A stretch of 64,000 bases of DNA from Mobula hypostoma (taxonomy: Eukaryota), in contig NC_086097.1 of the NCBI RefSeq assembly GCF_963921235.1, positions 52,516,001 to 52,580,000 of the forward strand, in the 5' to 3' direction. The position numbers and the translations under genes were made by a program. Below the pieces are notes generated by a model. That model had not been told where the DNA came from. It saw nothing but the letters and a program-made list of their open reading frames with translations, and searched no databases. Shown piece by piece: positions 1 to 13,400 of the stretch. How positions within the stretch are numbered: the first letter of the stretch is position 1; every line of letters starts with the position of its first letter.

Positions 1-149
1 ATTCAGATGTTTTGTCTGAACAACATCTGAACCTCTTGACCATGTCTGTATGCTTTCATGCACTGAGTTTTTGCCTCATAATTGGCTGATTGGATATTTG
101 CATTAACGAGCAGGTGTACAGGTGTACCTAATAAGATGGTCACTGTGTA
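1..149 (-). mobile_element. Tc1-like non-autonomous element, partial; same family as 35727-36206
   Basis: Close similarity to 36055-36206; ends ...cactgtg-TA. Confidence 0.7.
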
Positions 150-330
150 CATTTACAAGCAGTCCATGGTTTACAGTACCACACAATTAGTTTTAGCAAT
201 GAATGCTAAAGAGTTCATTAAAAATAAAGAACAGAAATGGTGGAGAAACTCATTCTGTTCCTCAAACAGTTAATGTTTCAGGTCAAAGACACTTTGGCAC
301 AACTGAGCTTGAAAAAAAGCAAGTTGTCTA

Positions 331-540
331 AGACACAGGAGATTCCGCAGATGCTGAAAATCTTGAACAACACACATAAAATTCTGGAGGAACTCAGCAA
401 GTCAGACGCCTTCTAAGAATAAAAACAGTCAATGTTCTGGGTCCTGATGAAGGCTCCCGATCTGAAATATCGTCCGTGTATTCCCCTCCATAGATACTCC
501 TGACTCACTGAGCTCCTCCAGCATTGTGTGTGTTGCTCAA
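331..540. mobile_element. Palindromic Penelope-terminus-derived short element
   Basis: Inverted arms (caacacaca...ctggaggaactcag / ctgagctcctccagcattgtgtgtgttg) around a decayed cctgatgaagg...gaaa core. Confidence 0.7.
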
Positions 541-584
541 ATTTGTCTAAGTAACAGAACGGGTGGGTGTGGCAGTGGGTGGTG

Positions 585-3084
585 TGTTATTATGTGTATA
601 CATAATAAAAAACTTCACTTGCCAGTGGTTCACGGGAAACCAGAAGTGTCATTGGAGTGAAATGGGAGTACGTGCTTCAGTGTGGGGCTTGAAGCTATGA
701 TTGTTAATAAATGTCCTAGCATTTGAAAACCCATTCAAAGTTTGTCTTTTATCAAGAAGAAACATAACAGAAGCTGGCATGAGGTCTGTACACAAAGCAT
801 AAAAATACCGCGAGTGACTAAGAAAAAGGCACTAGGTTCCAACAGAGAGAAGCTGCTGGCAAGACAGCACACTGTTTTGAAGTTCACCAAGAGAGTGAGG
901 TGAGAACCTAAATGTCCCCTCGATGGATAACCTAAGTCCTCGCACAGCTATGCAATTTATGGGTAATCTAGCTGATAACTGGAAATTCTTCAAACAGCGA
1001 TTCAATATATATTTAGCGGCCGAACAGAGCTGGCAGGGTGGAGGAAAAATTTGTAAGTGTCTGTCTTTCTACACATGATTGCTGAAGATGCATTGGACAT
1101 CTTCAACAGCTTTCAAATTGATGAGACAGACTTAAAATTGGACACTGTGATGACAAAATTTGAGGAGTACTTTGTCCCAAATTTGAGGAGTATAAACATC
1201 TTGTTTGAAAAATATAAATTCTTTTCCTGTGAACAGAAACACGGTGTTAGATTTGACCAATATTCAGCTGAGCTTCTCACACTGAGTAAGTCCTGAGAGT
1301 TTGGAGATTTGAGGGACTCACTGGTTAAAGACAGAATAGTCTGCGGAATCCCAGATAATGGGTTAGAAAAAGATTTGATACTGAAACAGGCAGTGGATAT
1401 GTGTAGGGCAGAGGAGACCACACAAGCACAAGCTAAAGAGCTGCACAGGGTGGAAACAACAGTGTATGCTGTGAAAACAGAGGGGCAGATCACAAGGTGT
1501 TTCACAAAGTAACCGCAAACCAAACAGATGGGCTCAAACAGCAAATCTGGAGGTAGGCACATCCAAAGACATGTCCTGCTTATGGAATGTCCTGTAATAA
1601 TTGTGGTAAGAAGAAACATTTTGCAAGGTACTGCAAAGCTAAGGCTACCAAGAGAAAGGTGCACATGGTTGCTGAGGAAACCTTCATAGATTCTCCACAG
1701 ACCGCTGGTGCTGGTAAAACAGAATCAATCATTCCAGTGACTGTGAATAAGATAGAAATTTCATTCAAACTTGACACTGGAGCCCAGGTAAATCTGTTAT
1801 CCATGGATGATTACAAGACTCTCAAAGTAAAGAACAAGATTTACCCAGTGAAGTTGAAAGTGACAGGCTATACTGGGGAGAACATTCCAGTATAGTGAAC
1901 TTCAAGCACAAGCGGCAGCACCCAAAGGCATGGCTACTGTTTGGTGAAAAGTGAGTACAGCCAATGTTAGGTCTGACTGCATGGTGGAAAGAGTTTTCAT
2001 GGTGCCTCACAGACCAAAGATGTCCAGGCAACGCTCAATAAAGAGTACATGGATGTCTCTGAGGGGTTCAGATATTTGCCCAATGTAACTAGAAACTCAT
2101 AACAGCATCCATGAGATCTCCGGAGAGATTATACAAGAGAAGCACAGGAGCTCCACCTTTCACAGACATCTGTACCAGCTACACCCCCATGACAGTCAGG
2201 ATACTAGTGTGGAATAGAGCGATCATGATGAAGAAGTCATCAGTCTTGCTTCCACATCGTGCAGCTGTGGCTCAAAATCTGTCTCATATCAACTTCCTGT
2301 TAAAGACTGGAAATCAAAAACATCTCCACGGTCCTCTCCAAAGTTGAAATGGAAAAATAAAAAGTAAGATGGGAAGAACACACTGTCCCTAAGGTCAGAA
2401 CAACAGCAACAGTTAAACATAAGGCAACATGAGGAGTTGCTGTCTGTGATATGCAGCCAATAGAAAGAGCTCTGAATTGAGACAAACACAGTTGGAACTT
2501 GTACAAAGACTCAGTGATCACATGGATGTAGTCCAGGGCTCCATTATGAGGCACATGGAGCGAATTATGGTCACACAGCAAGAACAGAGATGAACAGATA
2601 AGATCTAGGAAGAAGCATGTGAAAGAAATGAACACATGCCGTAGATCAGAGTTTTCAAAAGGACACTGATATTAATGCACCTAATACAAGCAATACATTT
2701 GTAGAAATACATAGCAGACCAGAAAGGATTATTAAATGGGGGGAGGGCTGTATTTTCTCATTAGAATTGAAGTTAATGTAATTATCTGTGTTGGAAATCC
2801 AAATACAATTGACATTAATGTAAATATCTTTGATGGAACGCATTATTGTTTCTTGCAGGTTTATGGGGACAGGGTATTGAGTTTGTTTGTTATTTTGAGT
2901 GTATGTAATAAAGAACTTCAATTCCAGTGTGCAATGTCGGAAATTCACTAGGAACCGGAGGTGACGTTAGGGTGAACTGGGATCGCACATTAATATGTGG
3001 AGCTTGAAGGTATGATTGTTAATAAATGTGTTAGTGTTTGAAAACCCATGGAAAGTTTGTTTTTTATCAAGAACAAACATAACA
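585..3084 (+). mobile_element. Internally deleted Gypsy/Ty3 LTR retrotransposon
   Basis: LTRs 585-769 and 2888-3084 (TGTTAT...ATAACA); 4-bp TSD GGTG; broken gag with CCHC knuckle CNNCGKKKHFARYC; protease FKLDTGAQVNLL; no RT or integrase core recognised. Confidence 0.85.
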
Positions 3085-6000
3085 GGTGGATCAAAGGGAG
3101 TGTGAGTGACAGGGGAAATGATAGACCACCATTGAAAGGACAGTTATGTTGCTTTGTCTGTGTAACGTGTTGCAGGTTGACTGGAACACATTGAACAGGC
3201 CAGAATATACACCTGACAAAAGGTGGGATGCTGAATGGGAGGGAGGGAGGTACAGGAATAGCAAGCACAAAAGGCCTGTTCAAAGCAAACAGAAAATGCA
3301 AGTTATTCTAAGTTGGAGAATTCAGTATTGTGGCTTGCAGGCCACAATATACCCAGACAGAAAATAAATTGGTATTAATTAAGCTTCCATTGGACCATGC
3401 TGAAACAGTGCAGGAGGCCACAGTTAGAACAGTCAGAGTGGAATAGGATTGTGCATTAAAATGGAAGGCAATAGAGACTCCTGGAAAAGTAAGTACAGGT
3501 GTCCCTTAAAGCAATCGTCCAATCTATATGTGGTTTCTCCATCTCCTGCCTGTTCATGCGCTTGTCAAAATGCCTCTAAAATGCTGCTATCATATCTGCT
3601 GCCGCCAGCTCCCCGATAACTCACTCCAAGCATCTACCACCCCATGTAAAAAAAAACTTGTCTCAAGTTTCCTTTAATCTTTGACCCTCTCACTTTAAAT
3701 CCACACCCTCTAGTGTTTTACATTTCCTCCCTGAGAAAAGAAAAACTATCTATGCTGCTCATAATCTTAAACGTTTCTAATAAAGTCACTCCTCAGCCTC
3801 CGGTGCCTCAGAGAAAACGGTCCAAGTTTGCCCTGCTCTTTCATATAGCTAACACTTTATAAACCTGGCAAGATCCTGATCAATCTCCTCTGTGCACTCG
3901 CCAAAACCCCCTCATTACTGGACATGATAACCAAAGTTTTATACAGCTGCAACATGACTTTCCAACAGTTATGCTCAAACTCTTGATAAAGGCAAAAAAC
4001 ATCATATGACTTCTTTATGACCTTATCTAGTTGTGTTGCAACCTTCAGGGAGCTAGAGAAAGATGGTTCTGTACATCAGTGCTCCAAGGTGCCTTGTGCC
4101 TTGTTATTTAATACATAATTTACTGTATAATTATCTATTACATTTGTCATCCCAAAGTGCCATACTTCACACTTGCCCAGAATAAACTTCACCTGCCATT
4201 TTCCTGCCCAGCTTTATAAGGAGCTGTTTACTTACAAAGAACCCACTTCTCTGGGATCTTAGCAGTAACTTTACATCAGCTTGCCAGACGTAACATGTAC
4301 AAAATTCTTTCCAAAGTAGTAAAATTAAATATTATAAACAAATTCATTGCTCTACTCTTTTACCACATGACCACAATCAGCAAATATCAAATTCTCAAGA
4401 GTCACTCCTGCAGTTAAACAGAACAAATGTTTGTGATTTAGAAGGTCCAATTAATTGTTTCAAGACACAACCCACCAATTTACTTAAAGTCACATATCAA
4501 CTATTGGCAGACTCCAAAGTCAGAAGCAAATCCCTTTCTCAGAATTTTACAACACTAATGCAAATGAAAGTGCAGAAGATAAATCAACACATTGAATGTT
4601 TTCGATTGTTATGAAAAGAGCAGATTAAACAAATCTATTTTGTATATCATCTTTCTAATCTCATCAGAAGTCCAGACACTAGCCAACTGAGAGTTAGTCA
4701 CCACGAGCACAGCCAGTGAGGCAAGGCTGTGTAGGCCAGCTGGAACTCAGAAAGAATGCATTCCAGAATCACAGGATGCTTCGACGAGGAAGTCATGTTG
4801 GCCTTTGACAATAATAATCCACCTAGTTGCATTCCCCCACTCACTTCCCAGAGTTCTAGTATTTTGTTTTCCCTATTTCAGACACTTAGTAACTCTTCCA
4901 GATACTTTTTGAATGCTACAGTTGAGTCTGCTTTTCCAATTATCTCTGGCAGTGTATCCCTAGCATCTTCATTCTGTTTCCCAGTTCTTGACCCCTTCCA
5001 TCATTTTGAGGATTTCTCCATATATGTCCTTTGTAATTTTAAATACCTTTATTACATTCCCTTTCAATTTTCTCTTTGCCAAGGAGTACCACCCCAGTTG
5101 CTCCCATTTATCCAAATACCTATAGTATTTGTCTCCATAATCATTTTAGAAAATGTTTTCTCTCCCTCTCCAGAAACTTTACATCTTTCCTCAAGTTCAG
5201 CATCCAGAAGTGAACATAATATTCAGCAGTGACAAACACTGTTTATTTTCTCTTATGCTCGGTGCCTCTGTTGTTGAATCCAAGGAGGGCCAGACAACAG
5301 CATTGTGAAACAGGTAGCAAGTTAAAAAAAAACAATAAATCTAAAAAGTGCAACGGAACTAACCTTGGGCGTAGTGGCAGCCCTATTTCATGTCCCTGTT
5401 AGGAAATTCTGGTGGAGGGGCAGGTAGCGTTGAGGAAGCAGGGTGTCTGCAGAAGGACTTGGACAGGCTGAGAGAATGGGAAAAGACTACAATGTATACA
5501 GAACAGGATATGTTAGAACAGCTGGGCTACAACATCTTGTCCTGGAGACAAATAAAATCAAGCTTACTCACAAAGCCAACAAATGTTCCCCTGCAGCAAC
5601 TGAGTGATCAGACAGCAGATTTTCTCTCGTCCCTAGTTTGAGACCATGATATTTTGGTTCTTATAAAATCAAATCCATGGAAACATGATCTCTTAATCTA
5701 CCAAGGCTCAAAGCACATTTATTATCAAAGTGTGCATACTATATGCAATCTTGTAATTTGTCTCCCTGTAGGTAAACTCAAAACAAAGAAACCCAATAGA
5801 ACCTATTAAAAGAATGAAGGCAATCATACACCCAATGTGCAGGGAAAAAAAACAAATCAAAAATAAAAAAAACAATACAAGTAAGTACATAACATTCAGA
5901 ACTGAAGTTCACGAAAGTGAGTCCACAGCCAAGAAGCCGGCCACAGCTGATCCCGGAACCTATTAGTTGCAGGTCACAGCCTTAGCTCAGTGCAGAGAAG

Positions 6001-6379
6001 GTAAATATCATGGAACAGCAAGCTGAACACTGGCCCGTCCCTCGCCTCCAGCCCCCACACGCTGACCTTTTCAACCTGGTCCTTCATTTAAATTGGCCAA
6101 ACAGTGAATCGGCTCTTGCTCTTGGACCTGGGCTCTGCCACTTCGATACACTCTTGGGCCTGGGAGCCACTGTCTAGGTTTGACCTGTACCTGATCTTTG
6201 CAATCTGGCACAGAGCTTCAGTTGGTCAGACATTGGCTTGTGCCTCAATCTCCAGCACGAGCCCCTCCATATCAACTCTGCTTTACCCTGGATCTGCTGC
6301 TTTGAATCAGCTCCAAGTCCTCTCCAGCAAAGGCCAAACATTGGCTCTTACCTCATGTGACTATTTATAATGTTGAAAT

Positions 6380-7047
6380 TAACAACAGACAAGCAATATG
6401 GATTGGAAGGGGACACTAGCAGGGATGATGGCATAGCAAAATTTGCTGACGTTTCTGGGAGCAATTCAGGAGGCACAGGATAGTTACATTCCAAATAAAA
6501 GTAGTATTCCAAAGGCAAAATGACACAACTTTGGGTGACAAGAGAAGTCAAAGCCAACAGAAAAACCAAAGAGTGGGCATATAACAGAGCAAAGATTAGT
6601 GTGAAATTAGAGGATTGGGAAGCTTTTAAAAACCAATAGAAGGTAACTTAAAAAAGCCATAAGGATCAAAAAGATGAAATATGAAGGTAAGCTAGCCAAT
6701 AATATCAAAGAAGATACCAAAAGATTTTTTCAGATATATGAAGAGTGAAAGAGGCAAGGAGATACTGGACTGCTGGAAAATGATCCTGCAGAGGTAGTAA
6801 TGGGGGAGAAGAAAGGGCGGAAGAACTGAATAAGTATTTTGCAGTAGCCTTCACTATGGAAGACACTAGTAGAATGCCAGATGTTCAAGAGTGTTAAGGG
6901 GCAGAAGTGTGTGCAGTTACTATTACCAGGGAGAAAGTGCTTGGGAAGCTGAAAGGTCTGAAGTTAGTTAAGTCACCTGGACCAGATGGACTACATCCAA
7001 GGGTTCAGAGAGAGGTAGCTCAAGATATTGTGGAGGTATTAGTAATG
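6380..7047 (+). mobile_element. CR1 LINE ORF2 fragment
   Basis: KVLGKLKGLKLVKSPGPDGLHPRV motif; homologous to about 21100-21750. Confidence 0.8.
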
Positions 7048-7471
7048 AACCTGAGATTGCTTTCAAAGCCACAGGCCTCACCTGCAAAACAGTGATCCCC
7101 CTTTTCAGGAAAGATGTTATCCCACAAGAATAAGAAAGCCTCCACAGCAATTAAATCTTTAGGCGTGAATGGGACAATTTAAATACTGTGGATGATTGTA
7201 TGGTAGTCGCATTATATAGTAAAATGGGTATATAGTTGGGATGCATTCTACATTGAGTTGGAGTTTATAGCTAAGCAAGGATAAGTGTTTTGTGTTTAAC
7301 AGTTCAGTAACATTTTAGTAATCTTGTAAATGTATAGTTTGATTAAACATTCTTTATTGTTTACATAATTCATAATGGTTATATGTAAAAATACATGAAT
7401 TGCATATGTCACGATGCTACCACATGATACATCCGTGCCTCGCTTAAAGTAAAAAGATGAAGTTGGATTCA

Positions 7472-9075
7472 CATAGAACATAGAATAGTACAGCACAGTA
7501 CAGGCCCTTTGGCCCACAATGTTGTGCCGATCCTCAAACTCTGCCTCCCATATAACCCCCCCCCACCTTAAATTCCTCCATATACCTGTCTAGTAGTCTC
7601 TTAAACTTCACTAGTGTATCTGCCTCCAGCACTGACTCAGGCAGTGCATTCCATGCACCAACCACTCTCCGAGTAAAAAACCTTCCTCTAATATCCCCCT
7701 TGAACTTCCCACCCCTTACCTTAAAGCCATGTCCTCTTGTATTGAGCAGTGGTGCCCTGGGGAAGAGGCGCTGGCTATCCACTCTGTCTATTCCTCTTAT
7801 TATCTTGTACACCTCTATCATGTCTCCTCTCACCCTCCTTCTCTCCAAAGAGTAAAGCCCTAGCTCCCTTAATCTCTGATCATAATGCATACTCTCTAAA
7901 CCAGGCAGCATTCTGGTAAATCTCCTCTGTACCCTCTCCAATGCTTCCACATCCTTCCTAGTGAGGCGACCAGAACTAGACACAGTACTCTGTGTGGCCT
8001 AACCAGAGTTTTATAGAGCTGCATCATTACATCATGACTCTTAAACTCTATCCCTCGACTTATGAAAGCTAACACCCCATAAGCTTTCTTAACTACGCTA
8101 TCTACCTGTGAGGCAACTTTCAGGGATCTCTGGACATGTACCCCCAGATCCCTCTGCTCCTCCACACTACCAAGTATCCTGCCATTTACTTTGCACTCTG
8201 CCTTGGAGTTTGTCCTTCCAAAGTGTACCACCTCACACTTCTCCGGGTTGAACTCCATCTGCCACTTCTCAGTCCACTTCTGCATCCTATCAATGTCTCT
8301 CTGCAATCGTTGACAATCCTCTACCTATCTACAACACCACCAACCTTTGTGTCGTCTGAAAACTTGCCAACCCACCCTTTTACCCCCACATCCAGGTTGT
8401 TAATAAAAATCACAAAAAGTAGAGGTGGGACAGCACTAGTCACAACCCTCCAATCTGACTGTACTCCCTCCACCACGACCTTCTGCCTTCCGCAGGCAAG
8501 CCAATTCTGAATCCACCTGGCCAAACTTCCCTGGATCCCATGCCTTCTGACTTTCTGAATAAGCCTACCATGTGGAACCTTGTCAAATGCCTTACTAAAA
8601 TCCATGTAGATCATATCTGCTGCACTACCCTCATCTATATGCCTGGTCACCTCCTCAAAGAACTCTATCAGGCTTGTTAGACACAATCTGCCTTTCACAA
8701 AGCCATGCTGACTGTCCCTGATCAATGTCCCTATTCATTGAGGACCTTGCTCACTTCCACAGCCTCAAGGCACATCTTCCCACCTTTATCTCTAATCGGT
8801 CCTACCTTCACTCCTGTCATCCTTTTGTTCTTCACATAATTGAAGAATGCCTTGGGGTTTTCCTTTACCCTACTCACCAAGGCCTTCTCATGCCCCTTTC
8901 TTTCTCTTCTCAGCCCCTTCTTAAGCTCCTTTCTTGCTACCCTATATTCCTCAATAGACCCATCTGATCCTTGCTTCCTAAACCTTATATATGCTGCCTT
9001 CTTCCACCTGACTAGATTTTCCAACTCACGTCACCCATTTTTTATCTTCCATTCTACCATTCTTTATCTTCCTGA
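7472..9075 (-). mobile_element. CR1 LINE 3' part with RT
   Basis: QHGFVKG..., YMDFSKAFDKVPH, KFSDDTK, LERVQRRFTRMLPG; catagaa-repeat tail at 7472. Confidence 0.9.
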
Positions 9076-10352
9076 CTGGGGCATCTTTTGAAGTTACAAA
9101 ATATATACCATATAGTAACTGCATGTTGTACCAATAAACTTAGTGATTTGCATTGAAAGAACAATCAGAACCATTACTTTCAGTGTCTCAACTTCTCAAA
9201 GCATTCTACATTTGGAATTTTTCTACCAAAGTAGATGATATCACATTTTTCCAGATTATATTACATCTACTCTGTCCTGGTCCATTTACTTACCTTATCT
9301 GTAGCTCTCAGAAGCCTCTCTACATTTTCCTCAAGCCCACACTGCACCTCAACAACAGCTCCAGCAAACCAGTGCTCAGATGTTACCTGTTTGAAGCGCG
9401 TATATTGTTCCTGTGACTGTGTGGCGGTACCAGTTTCCTCCGCATCTTAAATGCAAGTGGCTGGTCGAAGGACTGCTAGGTTATTGAGGGGGGAAGATGG
9501 AGATTTGATGGGAGAATTGGCAACAGGAGTGTAAGTGGGGAAAATAGAGCCGATGGAAATGTTCCAAGATACAACATTGACTTGATGGAGCAAATAGCCT
9601 CCTCCATTGTTATAAGGAAATAAGAAATAATATTCAGTTAGCTGATTTTATTCTGGTACTTTCATTGCTTGAGGTAGTATATGGCATACACCAGAGTACA
9701 GCCTTGTTCCATACTCTAGCAATGCAGACCCCATCCAGTTGGGAATATTTCTGAAAATTCACCACATGATCTTAAAACTCCAAGCTCCCCTTCAGTGAAA
9801 CCATCTTTTCCCACATCCTCACCATCATCAACACCTTTATAACTAATAAACAAATGGTCAAAGAAAACAAGTTTAAGATGCCTTCATTTAGTTACCCTTC
9901 AAACTTGCACACACATCATTGTTCAGACAGTTCATCTATTATCATGGAAAGTTAATAAATCTAGTTTGTCTTTTCAATCGCGGCAGATGTGCTGCTCTCA
10001 AATCCTAAAGTCATCTCAGATCATCATCTAGGTCTGCCCTGGAGTTCAATACTCATTTGTTCATTACTCAGCAAGCCTTATGATGTCCGTTTATAAGCCT
10101 TAAAATTGGTGATAACTGCTTTTTTTTTTCTAAACCATAAATCAAGCAAAGTCTTCAAATGAGACCTCAATAGTACAATCTGCTGGAAGTAGCTAACTAA
10201 GTGGTAATGATCCAGAGGAAAATATGATTCAATTTTGTCAAAATTTCACTGGGATGAGCTTCTAAATTATATTGGATTCACCACATAAATAATTTGATTA
10301 CAAAATTTGTTGTTTATTAATTTTCAGTCAGAAAAATTCTAAGAACACTTAT

Positions 10353-10484
10353 GGGCACATGTGTTTCCACCCTCTGGAATTGCATAGCCTCGCTTGCATT
10401 CACAACCATAGGATCCAGGAACATTGATGCAAACAGTATTTTCACCACAGCCTTGGGAATTACCATCAGCACACTCATCAACAT
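10353..10484 (-). CDS. NID2: NID2 exon 10 (calcium-binding EGF); non-canonical 3' boundary
   Basis: Hand translation, not in the ORF-track frame: [44 protein letters not shown]; acceptor cctcag; expected phase-1 donor reads ataagt. Confidence 0.88.
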
Positions 10485-13400
10485 CTGAGGAGCAAGTGAA
10501 AATCTTATCATAGTTAAAGGGCTAATGGAGAAAATTGGTAAATTGGTTTATTATTGTCATACGTGCAGGGGTATAGTGACAATCATGTCTTGCATACAGT
10601 CTCACAAACAGGAGAAAATCTGCAGATGCTGGAAATTCCAAGCAACAGACACAAAATGCTGGAGGAAATCATCAGGCCAGGCAGCAAAAGTCGACTGTTT
10701 ACTCTTTTCCGTAGCCTGGCCTGCTGAGTTCCCCCAACATTTTGCATACAGTCTATACAAAGCTATTGAAAACTTATAGGATGTAAACATTTTCAGCATG
10801 AAACCACAAAGCAGTCATGGCTCTGGTCCAAGTATTTCAACCGTTTAAAAATTTAGAATACAAACTAGTTGATATAGCTTTTTAACATGAATTTTCCCAT
10901 CAAAATAGAATAAACAACTTACTTTATATCTTTCTATGTGTAGAAAAAGCTAATGTTTCAGGTTAATGACTTTCCATTAGATTAAAAGCACTAACTGTTC
11001 TCCCCCCAGAGATTCTAGCTAATCCTGACAGAAGTTACCATTTCAGACTTGGAACTTTCAATTTACTTTCTCAACTCATATCCATGTCCAAGTATGACTT
11101 GTTCCCAGAATGTATAACGTAGCTGGGATATTGGACAGGACTCTCAGTAAGAAAAAGATGGCATCTAACAATAATTTTCTATCTAGATTCCAGACCTTGT
11201 CTTTGCATCCCATTTCTTTTGGGGGCTTTTTGGGAAGGACACCTGGCCAAAGCAATTGTGACCAATGATGTTCAGACCCATGGAGACAAGGGAAGGGCAA
11301 CAATATGCTCAAAACTTCTTCTCTGCCTTCTTTCCTATTGGATAATGTGAATCATTCAGTAATACTGTTACTCTGATGCCAAGAGCCTCTAATAGGGATT
11401 CAGTGAGAATTCTCAGCAAAATAATTTAGTTAGTTAACAATCCTGGAGTAAAACAGTAACTGTTGATGTGACTGACCGACTAGGTGCTGGTCAGTAACAA
11501 CTATGGGATGCACACATGGACAATAGTTGGTTAACAAGAGATTCAACTCAACAGTGCATCCCACAGGCCATTAACTGATCAAAGTGCATCATTTAAGGCC
11601 ATATATAATGAATGGAAATCTGTATGAATCATTCGGAGAGCCTTGCATTGGTGTAACTGCGTGCTAAACTCCAAGAGTGGACCTGAAGTTCAAGTTCTTC
11701 ATTTGTATTGCATAACACCACCTGCTTAAAGCGCTTTGAGCTTTGCATTTCCTCAGACCAATACACTGGCGACCAGTTTTAAATTTCAAGAAATTAATGA
11801 ACCACTGTGTGCAAACAAACTATAAGCAGCTGCAGAGTGAGCAGTGATTAGGATGCTCAGGTGTTGTCTGTCTAGACATCTTAGTTTATTGAGAATCAGC
11901 TGCTCATCTGAGACTTTAAAGGTTTCCTTCAAGTACAGATACAATCTCAAACGCTTTAGAAATCCACATGAGATGACAGCACCTCAGAATTGGTATGACT
12001 GATTATCAGACAAATCTTCTCTTCCAAGACCACATTGCTTCTAATATTTCAGTAAAAGTTAAGTCCTGTGTTTGTACAATTTTCTTCTCTTGGCTCTTGT
12101 GAAAATAACAATCTTGGCTTAGTTGTAATCCAATGAGACACCCCCAATACAAAGGCCTTACAAAATGTTGGCATGGTATTGGAAAAGAACCCCTCCATTG
12201 CAAATGTGGCCCCAGATTATGGCCAGCTGTATGAGCAGAAACATATGAAAAATGATTGTTTTAGGGAAAGGGACAACTAATGAAAACCAGGCTGATTTTT
12301 GTTTGCTGAGGCTTCATGTTAGAATTCCTCGAGTTGGCAGGGGGTCAGTTACATCGGGAATGCAGCTGTTGGCAAAATACTGGCAGACTCCAGTTTAGGC
12401 TTTCAATCACTGCCTAGGTGCTAGTGATGTACACATTTTTCTGGCAAATTTCCAATACCACAAAGAAAAATGCAAGAGCATCTGAAAGCACTTCGGCTTC
12501 ATTTGTTGAAATATTATATTATGGTATTTCAACAAATAAAGCAACCGCTGTGTGATGCTTCAAATATAGCAACACTACATACATGAAAGGATGATGATTG
12601 AAACAGTTACAGATTGGCCAAACCACAGATCCTACCTTTACACAAGATAAGCAACTCCTTAATGGATCACGTCAGGTGTTAGTAGTAATCTTATCTTCAT
12701 TGTGGATCGGCCTCAGCAAGACAACACAAATGAAAAATAAGGATGATTGATCTCTTGAGAGTAGAGCAATAGCATGTGCGATATGACGAAGCACGATTTG
12801 CTGTCAATCAAGTGGTACTAGAGCTGGGCAGTCAAAGAATCTGCCTGTTTCAATTAGGCATTCTAAGGCAAGCAAACCAACCTTATATACATCTTAGAAC
12901 TCCAACTGTCATAAGACCATAAGACAGAAAAGAATAAGACCATTCAGCCCATTGAGTCTGCTCCATCATTGCCTGATGGCTGATTTATTTTCTCTCACAG
13001 CACCTTACTCTTTATATATCTAAAATAAACTATTAGTATCTTATATTATTGGCCAATTTACCTTCATATTTCACTTTTTCTCTCTTTATTCCCTTTTTTT
13101 TAGCTGTCTTCTGTTCATTTTTTAAAGCTTCCCAATCCTCTATCTTCACACTAATTGTTGTCAAGAAAATAACCTCTCCCTCAACATCGCAAAAACAAAG
13201 GAGCTGGTTGTGGACTACAGGAAGAATGGAGACAGGCTAACCCCTATTGACATCCATGGATCTGGGGTTGAGAGGGTGAACAGCTCTAAGTTCCTCAGCA
13301 TATACATCACTGAAGATCTCATGTGGTCTGCACATATCGGCTGTGTGGTGAAAAAAAGCACAACAGCGCTCTTTACTTGAGACAGTTGAAGAAGTTTGGT

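Noticed and set aside
1113..1664. 183-aa minus-strand ORF
   Set aside because: Antisense shadow of the Gypsy gag region.
4690..4800. Possible decayed NID2 exon 11 on minus strand (SCDSGMHSF*VPAG and, in another frame, CLTGCARGD)
   Set aside because: Faint EGF resemblance only; it needs a stop, a frameshift and a deletion, and lacks good splice sites. A tblastn with an orthologous exon 11 would decide.
4756..5232. 158-aa plus-strand ORF
   Set aside because: Low-complexity F/S/L/I composition typical of antisense decayed LINE sequence; no recognisable domain.
9385..9450. Short open stretch ending in CAG|gtaaca on minus strand as candidate next NID2 exon
   Set aside because: No frame gives EGF cysteine spacing, and there is no polypyrimidine acceptor.
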